Assembly: GCA_050012035.1 (NCBI GenBank)
Contig: JBEKHY010000012.1
Location: 11,110-75,109, forward strand
Direction: 5' to 3'
Length of the DNA stretch: 64,000 bases
Source of the DNA: Verrucomicrobiota bacterium
Lineage (GTDB): Bacteria > Verrucomicrobiota > Verrucomicrobiia > Limisphaerales > UBA11358
Shown here: piece after piece, positions 19,867 through 29,334 of the stretch
How the letters are laid out: the number at the start of each line of letters is the position of its first letter
Numbering within the stretch: position 1 is the stretch's first letter
Translations under genes and position numbers: made by a program
The notes under the pieces: model-generated
Database searches by the model: none
What the model was told of the DNA's origin: nothing
Seen by the model: the letters and a program-made list of their open reading frames with translations, nothing else

Positions 19867-21035
19867 AACACAACAAAATACTCGTTATCCCTGCGCTCGC
19901 ATTCGCCCTGATTTCAGCGTCCGCGAACGCACAACCAGACACCCCGTCGGTCGCGCCCGCGCCGCCCCCGTCCGCGCCGGCCCAGAGCAGCGCGACGGAT
20001 CTGGAGAAACTTGCCGCGCCCATCGCACTTTATCCCGACCCGCTGATTGCGACCATCCTGCCGGCGTCGGCTTATCCGCTGGAGATAGTGCAGGCGGCGC
20101 GTTTCGTGGCGGACACGAACAACCTCGCCAACCTGGATGCGCAGCCGTGGGACGAAAACGTAAAAGCGGTGGCGCGCGTGCCGGCGGCCATTCAGAAGAT
20201 GAACGACGATCTGCCGTGGACCATCGCGCTGGGCGAGGCGTTCATCGAGCAGCCCAAGGAATTGATGGACACGATCCAGAGTTTGCGCGCCAAGGCGCAG
20301 TCCCTCGGCACGCTCAAGACCTCGCCGCAGCAGGTGGTGATCGTCACCAACTACGTCGTGGTGCAGACCAACCTCACGCAAGTGGTCATGGTGACGAACC
20401 AGGTTGTGCAAATCCAGCCGGCCAACCCGCAGGTGATCTATGTGCCGGCTTACGATCCGTGGTATGTCTATTATCCACCGCCGGCTTACTATGTCGGCCC
20501 GCCGCCGGTCGTGACATTCGCCGTTGGCGTCACGGTGGGTCTTATTATCGCCAACAATTGCGACTGGCATGGCGGCGGCATTTATGTGGGGCACCACGGT
20601 GCGGTGGTCTGGGGCGGCGGTGGCTACCACCATGGCGATGTGGACATTGACATTAACCGCAACGTGAACATCAACCACAACACGATTAACAATGTCAATC
20701 GGACGCCGCAGAAGTGGCAGCCGGACCAGAGCCGCTTGCGCACAAGCGGTTCGCCCGGGGCCTTGGCCTCGGCGCGCAGCCTGGAGTCGCGCGGTTGGAG
20801 TTCCCAGGCGACACCCGCGACGCGGTCGGCCGCCCGAACACCGACGATCAGCCGCCCCAATCCGTCACCGAAACTTGCCAGCCCTGCTTTCAATCGTTCC
20901 GCCCAACCCGCCGTTTCCCGGGGCAGCGCGTTTGGCGGTGTGAGCAACAGCGGCAGCGCGCGGAATTTCAGCAATCGCGGCGCTTCCAGCCGCAGCGGCA
21001 GTTCAGGCGGCGGACGCTTTGGTGGTCGCCGATAA
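19863..21035 (+). CDS. DUF3300-family exported protein with Gly/Ser/Arg-rich tail
   Basis: Signal peptide. The LAAPIALYPDPLIATILPASAYPLEIVQAARF motif is the DUF3300 signature. Confidence 0.7.
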   Translation: MKHNKILVIPALAFALISASANAQPDTPSVAPAPPPSAPAQSSATDLEKLAAPIALYPDPLIATILPASAYPLEIVQAARFVADTNNLANLDAQPWDENVKAVARVPAAIQKMNDDLPWTIALGEAFIEQPKELMDTIQSLRAKAQSLGTLKTSPQQVVIVTNYVVVQTNLTQVVMVTNQVVQIQPANPQVIYVPAYDPWYVYYPPPAYYVGPPPVVTFAVGVTVGLIIANNCDWHGGGIYVGHHGAVVWGGGGYHHGDVDIDINRNVNINHNTINNVNRTPQKWQPDQSRLRTSGSPGALASARSLESRGWSSQATPATRSAARTPTISRPNPSPKLASPAFNRSAQPAVSRGSAFGGVSNSGSARNFSNRGASSRSGSSGGGRFGGRR

Positions 21036-21066
21036 ATTTAAAATTCAAAATCTTTTTTTCAACAAT

Positions 21067-22032
21067 ATGAAAACATCACCCAAAAGTTTTTCCATGACTA
21101 TGCTAAAACAGTTCTTTCAATCCGCCGTCCATCGCCGTTTGGTTTTGGCGCTGGCCTTCACCACTCCCCTCGCCATTAACGCGGCGGACATCGGCAAGAC
21201 ATTTGCGACGCCCGAAGAAGCGGTCAGCGCGCTCGTGGCCGCCGCCAGCGCGAAAGACACCAATGCGCTGCGCGATATTTTCGGACCGGCGACGGCAGAA
21301 ATCGAGAACCCGGATCGTGTGCAGGCCGCGAACGAGCTTGGCGCGTTTACTGCCGCACTCAACCAGACCAACCGGATTGTGCGCGAGTCGGATTCCAAGT
21401 GCGTGCTGGAAGTGGGAGAAAAATTCTGGCCGTTCCCGATTCCCGTCGTGAAGCAGGATGGCCAATGGTTTTTCGATACCGAGGCCGGCAAGGACGAAAT
21501 CCTGAACCGCCGCATTGGCGAGAACGAACTGGCCACGCTCCAGGTGGTTCGCGCCTACGTCGAAGCCCAGCGGGAATACGCTGCGCAGGACCGCGATGGC
21601 AAAGAGGTACTGAAGTTCGCGCAGAAAATCATCAGCACACCCGGCACGAAAGACGGACTTTACTGGCCACCGGAACTCGATGGTGAAATCAGTCCGCTCG
21701 GCCCGCTCGCGGCGGACGCCGCCGCCGAAGGCTACGGCAAAACTCCCGGCACCGAACGGCAGCCTTTCCACGGCTACTTTTTCAAGATTCTCACGCGCCA
21801 GGGCAAACACACGCCGGGCGGTAAATACAATTATGTCATCAACGGAAACATGATCGGCGGCTTCGCTCTCGTGGCGTGGCCCGCCGAATATGGCGAGAGC
21901 GGCGTCATGACGTTCATCGTGAATCAACAAGGCCGCGTCTATCAGAAAGACCTTGGCCCGCAGACGGCGAAAACCGCCGGAGCAATGCAGTCATACGACT
22001 CAGACAAAACATGGGCCGTGTCGCCGGATTGA
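21067..22032 (+). CDS. DUF2950-family exported protein
   Basis: ORF 21019..22032. I chose ATG 21067. FATPEEAVSALVAAASAKD...FWPFPIPVVK...GGFALVAWPAEYGESGVMTFIV is typical of DUF2950, which is usually paired with DUF3300. Confidence 0.7.
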   Translation: MKTSPKSFSMTMLKQFFQSAVHRRLVLALAFTTPLAINAADIGKTFATPEEAVSALVAAASAKDTNALRDIFGPATAEIENPDRVQAANELGAFTAALNQTNRIVRESDSKCVLEVGEKFWPFPIPVVKQDGQWFFDTEAGKDEILNRRIGENELATLQVVRAYVEAQREYAAQDRDGKEVLKFAQKIISTPGTKDGLYWPPELDGEISPLGPLAADAAAEGYGKTPGTERQPFHGYFFKILTRQGKHTPGGKYNYVINGNMIGGFALVAWPAEYGESGVMTFIVNQQGRVYQKDLGPQTAKTAGAMQSYDSDKTWAVSPD

Positions 22033-22049
22033 ACCATGAACCCATAACA

Positions 22050-22535
22050 ATGAAACCAACCATGAAAATACTTACCACATTGCTGGGATCCCTCTCGCTG
22101 TTGCTGATGTGTGGCCTGACCGGCACCGGCTGCAGCTCGCTGAACAAGCCGGCGTCGGCCAGCTTTGCGTCGGTCACCATCAGCGGCAAAAGCGCCGGGG
22201 AGATTCGTGACGCCACCATCGCCGTCTTCCGCGAAAACGGCTACCAGGTGTTCGGCTCCAGCCGGGGGTTGACCTTTGAGAAGGAAGGCTCGAAGGCCAA
22301 CTCCATTGCGCGTGACGGCTTCGTGGGTTCGCACTACGGCGCGGTGACGATCATCCGGGTGCGGGCGGAACTGGTGGATCTCGGCAACGGCGCACAGCGG
22401 CTGCAATGCCAGGCCTCCATGGTGAGCGGTGTCGGCGACGCCTTTACGGAGGATGAACATCGGCTCGCGAATTACCGCAGCGGACCTTACCAGGATCTAT
22501 TGGACGAAGTTGCCAAAAGACTGAAGCAGCCTTAA
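22050..22535 (+). CDS. lipoprotein, unknown function
   Basis: ATG 22050. Lipobox LTGTGCSS. Confidence 0.5.
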   Translation: MKPTMKILTTLLGSLSLLLMCGLTGTGCSSLNKPASASFASVTISGKSAGEIRDATIAVFRENGYQVFGSSRGLTFEKEGSKANSIARDGFVGSHYGAVTIIRVRAELVDLGNGAQRLQCQASMVSGVGDAFTEDEHRLANYRSGPYQDLLDEVAKRLKQP

Positions 22536-22544
22536 ATCGCCGCA

Positions 22545-23087
22545 ATGAAACCACTCAAGACCATTCAATTCCTGTTGCTGTTCGCGCTCCTAGCGCTGGG
22601 GGCTTCGGGATGTGCCACGCAAAACGTCAACCCGCCGCAGCCCCGCGCGAACACGGGTTACGTGGATTTCCACGCCGATCCGTCCGCCGAGTTGTGTTGG
22701 GACGTGGCGCGCTTCGATGACCGCACGCAGAGCTTCAAAAGCGTCTTCTCAGATTTGGAGCCGCCTTCAGACGGGGTATTGCGCCTGGCGTTTGCGCCGG
22801 GTCATCACCGATTACGGATTACCTTCCTCAATCGTGTCATCGCCAAACCGGCGGAGGTTGAAGTCGAAGTTCAGGACGGAAAAATAACACCGGTCCGCAT
22901 CACATTGACCGCAGCCGGCACCGTGCTGGTCGAATCCAGAGACGTGAGTCACGGCGGCACGGCCAAGGGCCGCTACGGTCGGCGCACCAAATACGGCAGC
23001 GAGGAAACGGCCATTAACAGCCTTTCCGCCGCGGCGGCCCCGCCCGTTGCTTACCAAGTAAAGGAGAGAATGCCCTATGCGCGCTAA
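22545..23087 (+). CDS. lipoprotein, unknown function
   Basis: Lipobox LGASGCAT. 180 aa. Confidence 0.5.
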   Translation: MKPLKTIQFLLLFALLALGASGCATQNVNPPQPRANTGYVDFHADPSAELCWDVARFDDRTQSFKSVFSDLEPPSDGVLRLAFAPGHHRLRITFLNRVIAKPAEVEVEVQDGKITPVRITLTAAGTVLVESRDVSHGGTAKGRYGRRTKYGSEETAINSLSAAAAPPVAYQVKERMPYAR

Positions 23088-24513
23088 ATTCAGAAAACTG
23101 GCAAGTGACGGGTGGCGGGTGACGAGTGACGGCCACTGGTCACTGATCACTGGCCACCTGCCACTTTGCCTGGTCTTTTTGCTCCTCACCCTCGGCACGG
23201 GTTGCCGCTTGCTGCAGAAGGCAGCGAATGCTCCGGGCCAGGCCGTCCATGCCGTCACGCCGGGCAAGAAGGACAAACACCCGGTGGACCCGGTGGAAGT
23301 ACAGCAAAAGCTGTTGCGCTTCGCCGACGAATACTCGATGCGGATGATTGGCGGCGTGGACAACCTTCGGCGCGGCACCAACGCACTGACTTCCGCCAAA
23401 GCGCTGCAAACGAAAATTGAGATCGGCTCCGAGACCTGGTCCATCGCCGCCGGCCCGAACGCCGTCGCCGATCTGCTCGACATGACCGTTTTTGTGACGG
23501 TGACGCGGATGGCGTTGGAGGAATATTGGCAGCCCAAGGTTTTTGGCGAATCCGCCCGGCCCTTGCTGGAATATTCCCGAAACGCCGAGGCGGAAATCTG
23601 GGAGCTGGCCGGCACGGTGCTGACGCCGGAGCAGCAGACGGAATTGCGCGGGGGAATTGCGGTGTGGCATAGCAAGAATCCGTTGCCGGAGAGCCTGGTG
23701 GCGGCGCGCGCGCTGGGTTTCGCTTCGCAAATCGCGGAGGCCGGCAAGGACGAGGAGGCCAAACCCGGGAGCGTGTTCAGTCTGCTTGGGGTTGATCCGC
23801 TTGCCGGCATGGACCCGGCCGTGCGCGAGATTGCCCAGACGCGGATGTTTGCCGAGCGCGCTCTCTTCGTGACCCAGAAGATGCCAATGTTGCTGCGGTG
23901 GCAGACGGAACTTTTGAGTCTCAACGCCGTGGAAATGCCCGCGGTGCAGCAGGTGGTCTCGAACTCCACACAAATTGCGGCGTCGGTGGAACGCTTCGCC
24001 GCCGTCGCCGAAAAACTGCCGGGACAGGTCAGCGCCGAGCGCGAGGAAATTCTCAAGGCGCTCCAGGTGCAGGAAAAAGATGTCGCGTCACTCATGTCGT
24101 CAGGAACGCAGTTTTCCGCTTCCCTGAACACGACGCTCACGACCCTCGATGCGTTGATGAAACGTTTTGGCGTTGGTGAAACGAACAGTGCCGGGCCGCC
24201 GAAGACCAATGCCGAACCGTTCCGTATTCAGGACTACACGCAAACGGCAGCGCAACTGGAAGTGACGGCACGACAACTGACCGAACTGCTCGTCACGCTC
24301 GACCAGACGCTCGGCTCGACCAATCTCGCGAAACTTTCGGCGCAAATCGGGCCGGTGGTTCAACAGGCGCAAACCGGCGGCAGGGAAATCGTGGATTATG
24401 CTTTCTGGAAAGGCATCCTGCTCGTGGTCATTGCGCTGTTGGCCGCTTTGATCTACCGCTTTCTTGTCGTACGCCTGTTTCCGCCGGGAAAAACCAAAAA
24501 CAACCCACCATGA
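23077..24513 (+). CDS. lipoprotein-like protein with C-terminal TM helix, unknown function
   Basis: The N-terminus is MRAKFRKLASDGWRVTSDGHWSLITGHLPLCLVFLLLTLGTGC. Residues 9-30 are encoded by a heptad array. The C-terminal helix is ILLVVIALLAALIYRFLVV. Confidence 0.5.
   Translation: MRAKFRKLASDGWRVTSDGHWSLITGHLPLCLVFLLLTLGTGCRLLQKAANAPGQAVHAVTPGKKDKHPVDPVEVQQKLLRFADEYSMRMIGGVDNLRRGTNALTSAKALQTKIEIGSETWSIAAGPNAVADLLDMTVFVTVTRMALEEYWQPKVFGESARPLLEYSRNAEAEIWELAGTVLTPEQQTELRGGIAVWHSKNPLPESLVAARALGFASQIAEAGKDEEAKPGSVFSLLGVDPLAGMDPAVREIAQTRMFAERALFVTQKMPMLLRWQTELLSLNAVEMPAVQQVVSNSTQIAASVERFAAVAEKLPGQVSAEREEILKALQVQEKDVASLMSSGTQFSASLNTTLTTLDALMKRFGVGETNSAGPPKTNAEPFRIQDYTQTAAQLEVTARQLTELLVTLDQTLGSTNLAKLSAQIGPVVQQAQTGGREIVDYAFWKGILLVVIALLAALIYRFLVVRLFPPGKTKNNPP
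23103..23165. repeat. palindromic heptad array (4x NNGTGRC then 5x GNYCACY)
   Basis: AAGTGAC GGGTGGC GGGTGAC GAGTGAC | GGCCACT GGTCACT GATCACT GGCCACC TGCCACT. The symmetry centre is at 23130/23131. Confidence 0.85.
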
Positions 24514-25637
24514 CAAAACAATCCAATCCCATGCGTCTCCCCACTCCCCACCCGCCACCCGCCACCCGCCACCTGCCACTTGGCCTGTGTCTCGCAGCGG
24601 CGACGCTGTTCACCGGTTGCGCTCATCTCGGTCCCAAGACCGTGGCCGTGGACCGTTTCGACTACAGCACGGCCATCGCCGACTCGTGGAAACAGCAGAC
24701 GCTCCTCAACATTGTCAAACTCCGCTACATGGACCTGCCGGTGTTCGTGGACGTGGCATCTATCGTCGCCGGCTATTCCATGCAAACCGGGGTGAGCGTC
24801 AACGGAACCCTCTCTTCTGAAAAGGCGATCCAGGGCAACTACCTGGCGGCGGGCGGACAAGCCATCTACACCGACCGGCCCACCATCACCTACGTCCCGC
24901 TGACCGGGGAAAAGTTCCTGCATGGATTGATCACCCCGATTGATCCGAAGAACATCTTCTTCATGCTCCAGGCAGGTTACCCGGCGGACTTCCTTCTGGG
25001 GCTGACCGTCGAGTCGCTCAACGGCGTGCGCAATCGTTCGACAGCGGGCGGCACGGCGCGGGAGGCGGACCCGGAGTTTATTCGCGCGCTCCAGTTGATG
25101 CGCGAAGTGCAGGCCGCCGGCGCGGTGGGGATGCGCGTGGAGGAGGACAAGGCCAGAGGCTCGACCGCCGTGCTGTTCTTCCGGCGTGACGACGTGCCCG
25201 CCGACATCGTGGAGAAAACGGCTGAAATCCGGCGGTTGCTCAAGCTGCCGGCGGATCAGCAGAAATTCGTGCTCACCTATTCGCCGGTGCGCGGGGCGGA
25301 CAATGAACTGGCCGTGAACAGCCGTTCCATGCTGCAAATCATGGGGGCCTTTGCCAGCTACCTGGACGTGCCGGAAGCGCACCTGAAAGACCACAGCGCG
25401 CTGCCCGCGTTTGAAAACGCCGCCCCGGAGAGCCGGCGGGACGCAGTGCGGATTCACAGCGGCAAGGAGAAGCCCGCGAACGCGTTCGCCGCCGTGCATT
25501 ATCACGGTTACTGGTTTTGGATTGACGACGGCGACTGGCAGACGAAACGCGCGATGACGGCGATCATGTTTTTCTTTACACTGGCAGAAACCGGCGACAG
25601 CGGGAAGCTGCCGTTGATCACCATCCCCGCGCAGTGA
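24510..25637 (+). CDS. lipoprotein, conserved hypothetical
   Basis: MTKQSNPMRLPTPHPPPATRHLPLGLCLAAATLFTGC has a lipobox. The n-region is encoded by a heptad array. The start overlaps the upstream stop (ATGA). Confidence 0.55.
   Translation: MTKQSNPMRLPTPHPPPATRHLPLGLCLAAATLFTGCAHLGPKTVAVDRFDYSTAIADSWKQQTLLNIVKLRYMDLPVFVDVASIVAGYSMQTGVSVNGTLSSEKAIQGNYLAAGGQAIYTDRPTITYVPLTGEKFLHGLITPIDPKNIFFMLQAGYPADFLLGLTVESLNGVRNRSTAGGTAREADPEFIRALQLMREVQAAGAVGMRVEEDKARGSTAVLFFRRDDVPADIVEKTAEIRRLLKLPADQQKFVLTYSPVRGADNELAVNSRSMLQIMGAFASYLDVPEAHLKDHSALPAFENAAPESRRDAVRIHSGKEKPANAFAAVHYHGYWFWIDDGDWQTKRAMTAIMFFFTLAETGDSGKLPLITIPAQ
24538..24579. repeat. heptad array (YCSCCAC x6) inside a signal-peptide n-region
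   Basis: TCCCCAC TCCCCAC CCGCCAC CCGCCAC CCGCCAC CTGCCAC. Confidence 0.85.
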
Positions 25638-25642
25638 ATGGG

Positions 25643-25670
25643 CAGTAATCAGTGATCAGTAATCCGTGAC
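25643..25670. repeat. heptad array (CAGTRAT)
   Basis: CAGTAAT CAGTGAT CAGTAAT CCGTGAC. It lies between stop 25637 and ATG 25678. Confidence 0.8.
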
Positions 25671-25677
25671 AACTCGG

Positions 25678-26937
25678 ATGAATACAAAGCCACACTGCCG
25701 CAGCCGGTCAGCGCACACGCTGCTGTTGACTTTGGTTTGCTGCCTCATGCCGCTGCGGAGTTTCTGCGCGGAGCCTGCCATTGCCCCAACACTCGCGGCC
25801 ACACCTGTGGTCGCGACCAATTGCGTGCTCGTGACGAATATCGTGGTCGTGACGGTCACCAATTACGTGGTCACCACGAATGTCGTGCCCGGTACGAACA
25901 ACCTGGCGGTGGTGCGCACGAACTCCTCCCTGCCCGACCTGAGCTGGGTCCCGCCGGAGGACGGCTTTGACTGGATTCAACTCAAGTCCGGCGAGTGGCT
26001 CAAGGGCCAGCTCAAGGCCATGCAGCAGCGACAGCTCGAATTCGACAGCGAGGAGTTGGATGACCTGACGTTCGATTGGAAAGACATCCGCCAGGTGCGC
26101 TCTTTCCACACCCTCGACTTGTTGTTCGTAGATGGCAAGAAGGCATCCGGCCCCGTCACAATCACGCCGGCGGAGGTTGCGGTGGGCGGTGCGGAGCCGC
26201 AGGTTTTTCCCCGTGACCAGCTTCAAAGCCTCACACCGGGCGGGTCCAAGGAGTGGAATTACTGGTCGGGCATGATGTCGTTGGGCCTGACCCTGCGGGC
26301 GGGCAACACCGAACAGGTCGAATACAACGCCCAGGCCCGCCTCCAGCGCCGCACCCCGGCCACGCGCCTCAGTCTCGATTACATCGGCAACATCAGCAGC
26401 ATTAACGGCGTCGAGAACGCCAACAATAACCGTGTGAACAGCGAGTTTGACCTGTGGCTCTCGCGGCGGTTCTATCTGATCCTGCCGCAAATCGAGTATT
26501 ACCAGGACCCGATTCAAAAACTGAAGGCCCGGATCACGGCCGGCGGCGGAGCCGGCTACGACCTTGTTGACCACCCGAATCTGGAATGGAACATCTCCAC
26601 CGGTCCGGCCTACCAGTATGCCTGGTTTGAATCCAGCCAGCCCGGCGAACCGACGGAAAAAGGCACGGCCGCGCTCGTCTTTGGCAGCCGCTTCGACTGG
26701 GACATTACCCAGCGCATCGGCTTGATCCTGGAATACCGCGGCCAATACACCAGCCGTCAAGTCGGCGAAACCACCCACCATGCCGTCGGCACGCTGTCAC
26801 TCGAACTGACCAAACGCTTCGACCTGAATGTCTCACTCATCTGGGATCGCATCTCCAATCCCAAGATCGGCTCGGACAGCGTTCAACCCAAACCGGATGA
26901 CTTCCGTCTCGTCGTCGGGGTGGGAGCGCATTTCTAA
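25678..26937 (+). CDS. DUF481-family outer-membrane protein
   Basis: ORF 25666..26937. I chose ATG 25678. Signal peptide, then a V/T/N-rich low-complexity stretch, then GLTLRAGNTEQVEYNA...LSLDY...SEFDLWLSRRFYL, typical of DUF481 (YdiY-like). Confidence 0.65.
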   Translation: MNTKPHCRSRSAHTLLLTLVCCLMPLRSFCAEPAIAPTLAATPVVATNCVLVTNIVVVTVTNYVVTTNVVPGTNNLAVVRTNSSLPDLSWVPPEDGFDWIQLKSGEWLKGQLKAMQQRQLEFDSEELDDLTFDWKDIRQVRSFHTLDLLFVDGKKASGPVTITPAEVAVGGAEPQVFPRDQLQSLTPGGSKEWNYWSGMMSLGLTLRAGNTEQVEYNAQARLQRRTPATRLSLDYIGNISSINGVENANNNRVNSEFDLWLSRRFYLILPQIEYYQDPIQKLKARITAGGGAGYDLVDHPNLEWNISTGPAYQYAWFESSQPGEPTEKGTAALVFGSRFDWDITQRIGLILEYRGQYTSRQVGETTHHAVGTLSLELTKRFDLNVSLIWDRISNPKIGSDSVQPKPDDFRLVVGVGAHF

Positions 26938-27072
26938 ATCAAATTCGCTTTCGAATCAAAACACAACATGCATCGTGTCATTGCCTGCGCAAACGGACAA
27001 TGCATTTCGTGACCGGAACCGGCCAAATGCATGGGTTCAGTCACAAGCAGCCCCGAAAGCTTTTGGGGCTGA

Positions 27073-27119
27073 GGTGGCCGACGAAATTTGAACCCGCAAC
27101 AGCCAGATCCACAATCTGG
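27073..27119 (-). pseudogene. 3' two-thirds of a tRNA-His-like sequence (relic / att-like fragment)
   Basis: The minus strand reads CCAGA-TTGTGGA-TCTGG (anticodon GTG), then CTGTT, then GCGGG-TTCAAAT-TTCGT (a T arm with 3 G-U pairs), then CGGCCAC-C. The 26 nt in the 5' position cannot form an acceptor or D arm. Confidence 0.4.
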
Positions 27120-27211
27120 AGCGCTGGCCGGGCTGAACTCCGACCCTCAACCAGCTATCAGTTTAAATTCTCGAATGCCCCGCGGCAGGTTTGCGACGGA
27201 CGTGGCACAGC

Positions 27212-28075
27212 TTATTTCCCCTCCACACCTTTGAGATAGGCGAAGATGAGTTCGGGCAATTCGCGACTATAACCGCCTTCAAGCAGGCTGAACATCGGCA
27301 CGCCCAGCGCGCGCAGCGACTGGCCCAACCAATAATAATCGTCCAACACCAGCGCACCCTGAACGAGCGGGTCGCGCACGTAGGCGTCGAACCCGGCGGA
27401 CACGGCGACGAGGTCGGGCCGGAACTTTTTCAAATCGGCGAGCGCGCGGGCGAGTGCGGCCCGGTAGGTTTCGCGCGGCGTGAACGGCTCGACGGGATAA
27501 TTGAAACAGTTTTTGCCAACGTTGGTTGCGCCGGTGCCGGGATAAAACGGATACAGGTGGATGGAAAAAAAGGCGATACCGGGCCGATCAAGCAGAATTG
27601 CTTCCGTGCCGTTACCATGATGGACGTCGAAGTCGTAAACCGCAACGCGCTCCGTCCCGCAGGCCGCGGCTTCAAGCACGGCGATGGCGATGTTGTTCAA
27701 ATAACAAAACCCCATGGCGCGGTTGCGCATGGCGTGGTGGCCGGGCGGCCGCATGAGGCTGAAAACATTCTCCCCGGCGCTCGCGGATTTCAGCGCGTCC
27801 AGCGCGGCGGCCACGGAGGCGCGCGCATAATCGCCGATGTTTTCGTAAAACGGCGTGTCGGCGTCGAAGTCCTCCGGTTCATTCAAGCGTGCGAGATGTT
27901 TCGCCGAATGCGCGCGCAGAATGGGTGCGTCGTCCACCCGGCCCGGCGCCGCCCAGGTGATGGGCAGTTCGGTCTGATTTCGCAGCAACTCGAGCGTGCC
28001 GATGATGCGCAACGGACGTTCGGGATGACCGATGCTTGAGTAACCGGTGCAACGTTCATCGGTGATGATTTTCAC
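27212..28075 (-). CDS. histone deacetylase-family protein (acetylpolyamine/acetoin-type deacetylase)
   Basis: ORF 27212..28291. I chose GTG 28075 (VKIITDERCTGYSSIGHPERPLR). Motifs PPGHHAMRNRAMGFCYLNN and DFDVHHGNGT are present. Confidence 0.85.
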   Translation of the reverse strand: MKIITDERCTGYSSIGHPERPLRIIGTLELLRNQTELPITWAAPGRVDDAPILRAHSAKHLARLNEPEDFDADTPFYENIGDYARASVAAALDALKSASAGENVFSLMRPPGHHAMRNRAMGFCYLNNIAIAVLEAAACGTERVAVYDFDVHHGNGTEAILLDRPGIAFFSIHLYPFYPGTGATNVGKNCFNYPVEPFTPRETYRAALARALADLKKFRPDLVAVSAGFDAYVRDPLVQGALVLDDYYWLGQSLRALGVPMFSLLEGGYSRELPELIFAYLKGVEGK

Positions 28076-28238
28076 GGGCCGCAGTTTAACCGCGAATGGA
28101 CATGAAGGAACACGAATTTTGATTTGGTGGGGCGGCGTCCGGCCAGTGCGCCTGACAAAAATTTCACAGACCGGAGGGTGGATTATTTTGGCAACAACAA
28201 AGCCTTTCGCTAAATTGGGCGGCAGCAGCATTTTGATT

Positions 28239-29264
28239 ATGAAACGAAACGTATTCGCCCTGGCAGCCGCGCTTGGCGGGTTCACCTTCAACCTCGGCGC
28301 ATGGGATTACGAGGAGCATCATGCCATCAATGAACTGGCGCTGGCATCCTTGTCGGCGGATTTCGGAGGATTCACGCTGACACCCGCCTTGAAGCAGCGC
28401 ATCGCGTTTCTCGGCGGCGAGCCGGACCGCTGGCGCAACGTGGGCGATTTGCCGTTGAAAAACGCCAACGTGCCGGACCATTACATTGATTTGGAGGATT
28501 TGAAACTTTACGGCCTGACGCCGGAAACGCTGCCGCTCATGCGTTACGATTTCGCCGCCGACATCGCGCGGGCGCGGGCGGCGTATCCGGAAAAGTTTCC
28601 GCCCATTGACCCGGCCCGGGACGCCGACCACACGCGCGAGTTGGACGGGTTCCTGCCGTGGGCCATCACGGAAAATTACGAAAAATTGAAATCGTGCTTC
28701 AGTTATCTCAAGACCTTCCAGAAATCCGGCGGCACGCCGGAGGAAATCGCGAACGCGCGGGCGAACGTCGTTTATGTGATGGGTGTGATGGGGCATTTTG
28801 TGGGTGACGGCTCACAGCCGCTGCATACGACGGTGTATTTTAATGGCTGGGTCGGCAACAATCCGCACGGCTACACAACCAGCCTGAAATTTCACGCGTG
28901 GATTGACGGCGGTTATTTCCGTGCGACCGGCGGGCTCAAAGTGGAAACACTGGTCGGCAAAATTCATCCAGCCGAACGCATCGCGAATGCCGAAATGCCG
29001 GACGGGATGTTCCGCTCCGCCGTGGCTTATTTGGTCGAGCAAAACAAACTCGTCGAACCGCTTTACGAATTGGAAAAGAAAGGCAAGCTGACTGGCGAAG
29101 GCAACACGGGTTTGGCCGGTCGGCCGTTTCTCGAAGGCCAGCTCGTGAAAGCCGGCCAGATGCTCGGCAACATCTGGTACACGGCGTGGCTCGAAGCGCC
29201 GGAGGACCAATACCTCCAAAAGCAACTGGAGCAGCGCGATGCGGCAAATTCGCATGCGAAGTAA
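28239..29264 (+). CDS. S1/P1 nuclease-family protein (exported)
   Basis: ORF 28047..29264. I chose ATG 28239 (a signal peptide). WDYEEHHAINELA, PDHYIDL, GHFVGDGSQPLHT and FHAWIDGG resemble the S1/P1 zinc-ligand motifs. Confidence 0.6.
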   Translation: MKRNVFALAAALGGFTFNLGAWDYEEHHAINELALASLSADFGGFTLTPALKQRIAFLGGEPDRWRNVGDLPLKNANVPDHYIDLEDLKLYGLTPETLPLMRYDFAADIARARAAYPEKFPPIDPARDADHTRELDGFLPWAITENYEKLKSCFSYLKTFQKSGGTPEEIANARANVVYVMGVMGHFVGDGSQPLHTTVYFNGWVGNNPHGYTTSLKFHAWIDGGYFRATGGLKVETLVGKIHPAERIANAEMPDGMFRSAVAYLVEQNKLVEPLYELEKKGKLTGEGNTGLAGRPFLEGQLVKAGQMLGNIWYTAWLEAPEDQYLQKQLEQRDAANSHAK

Positions 29265-29334
29265 GGCAACGGGTCAGACTGGCTTGCGAATTAATTCGTC
29301 GCCGTGAGTGAGCCGGCGCAAAAGGGTTTAATTC

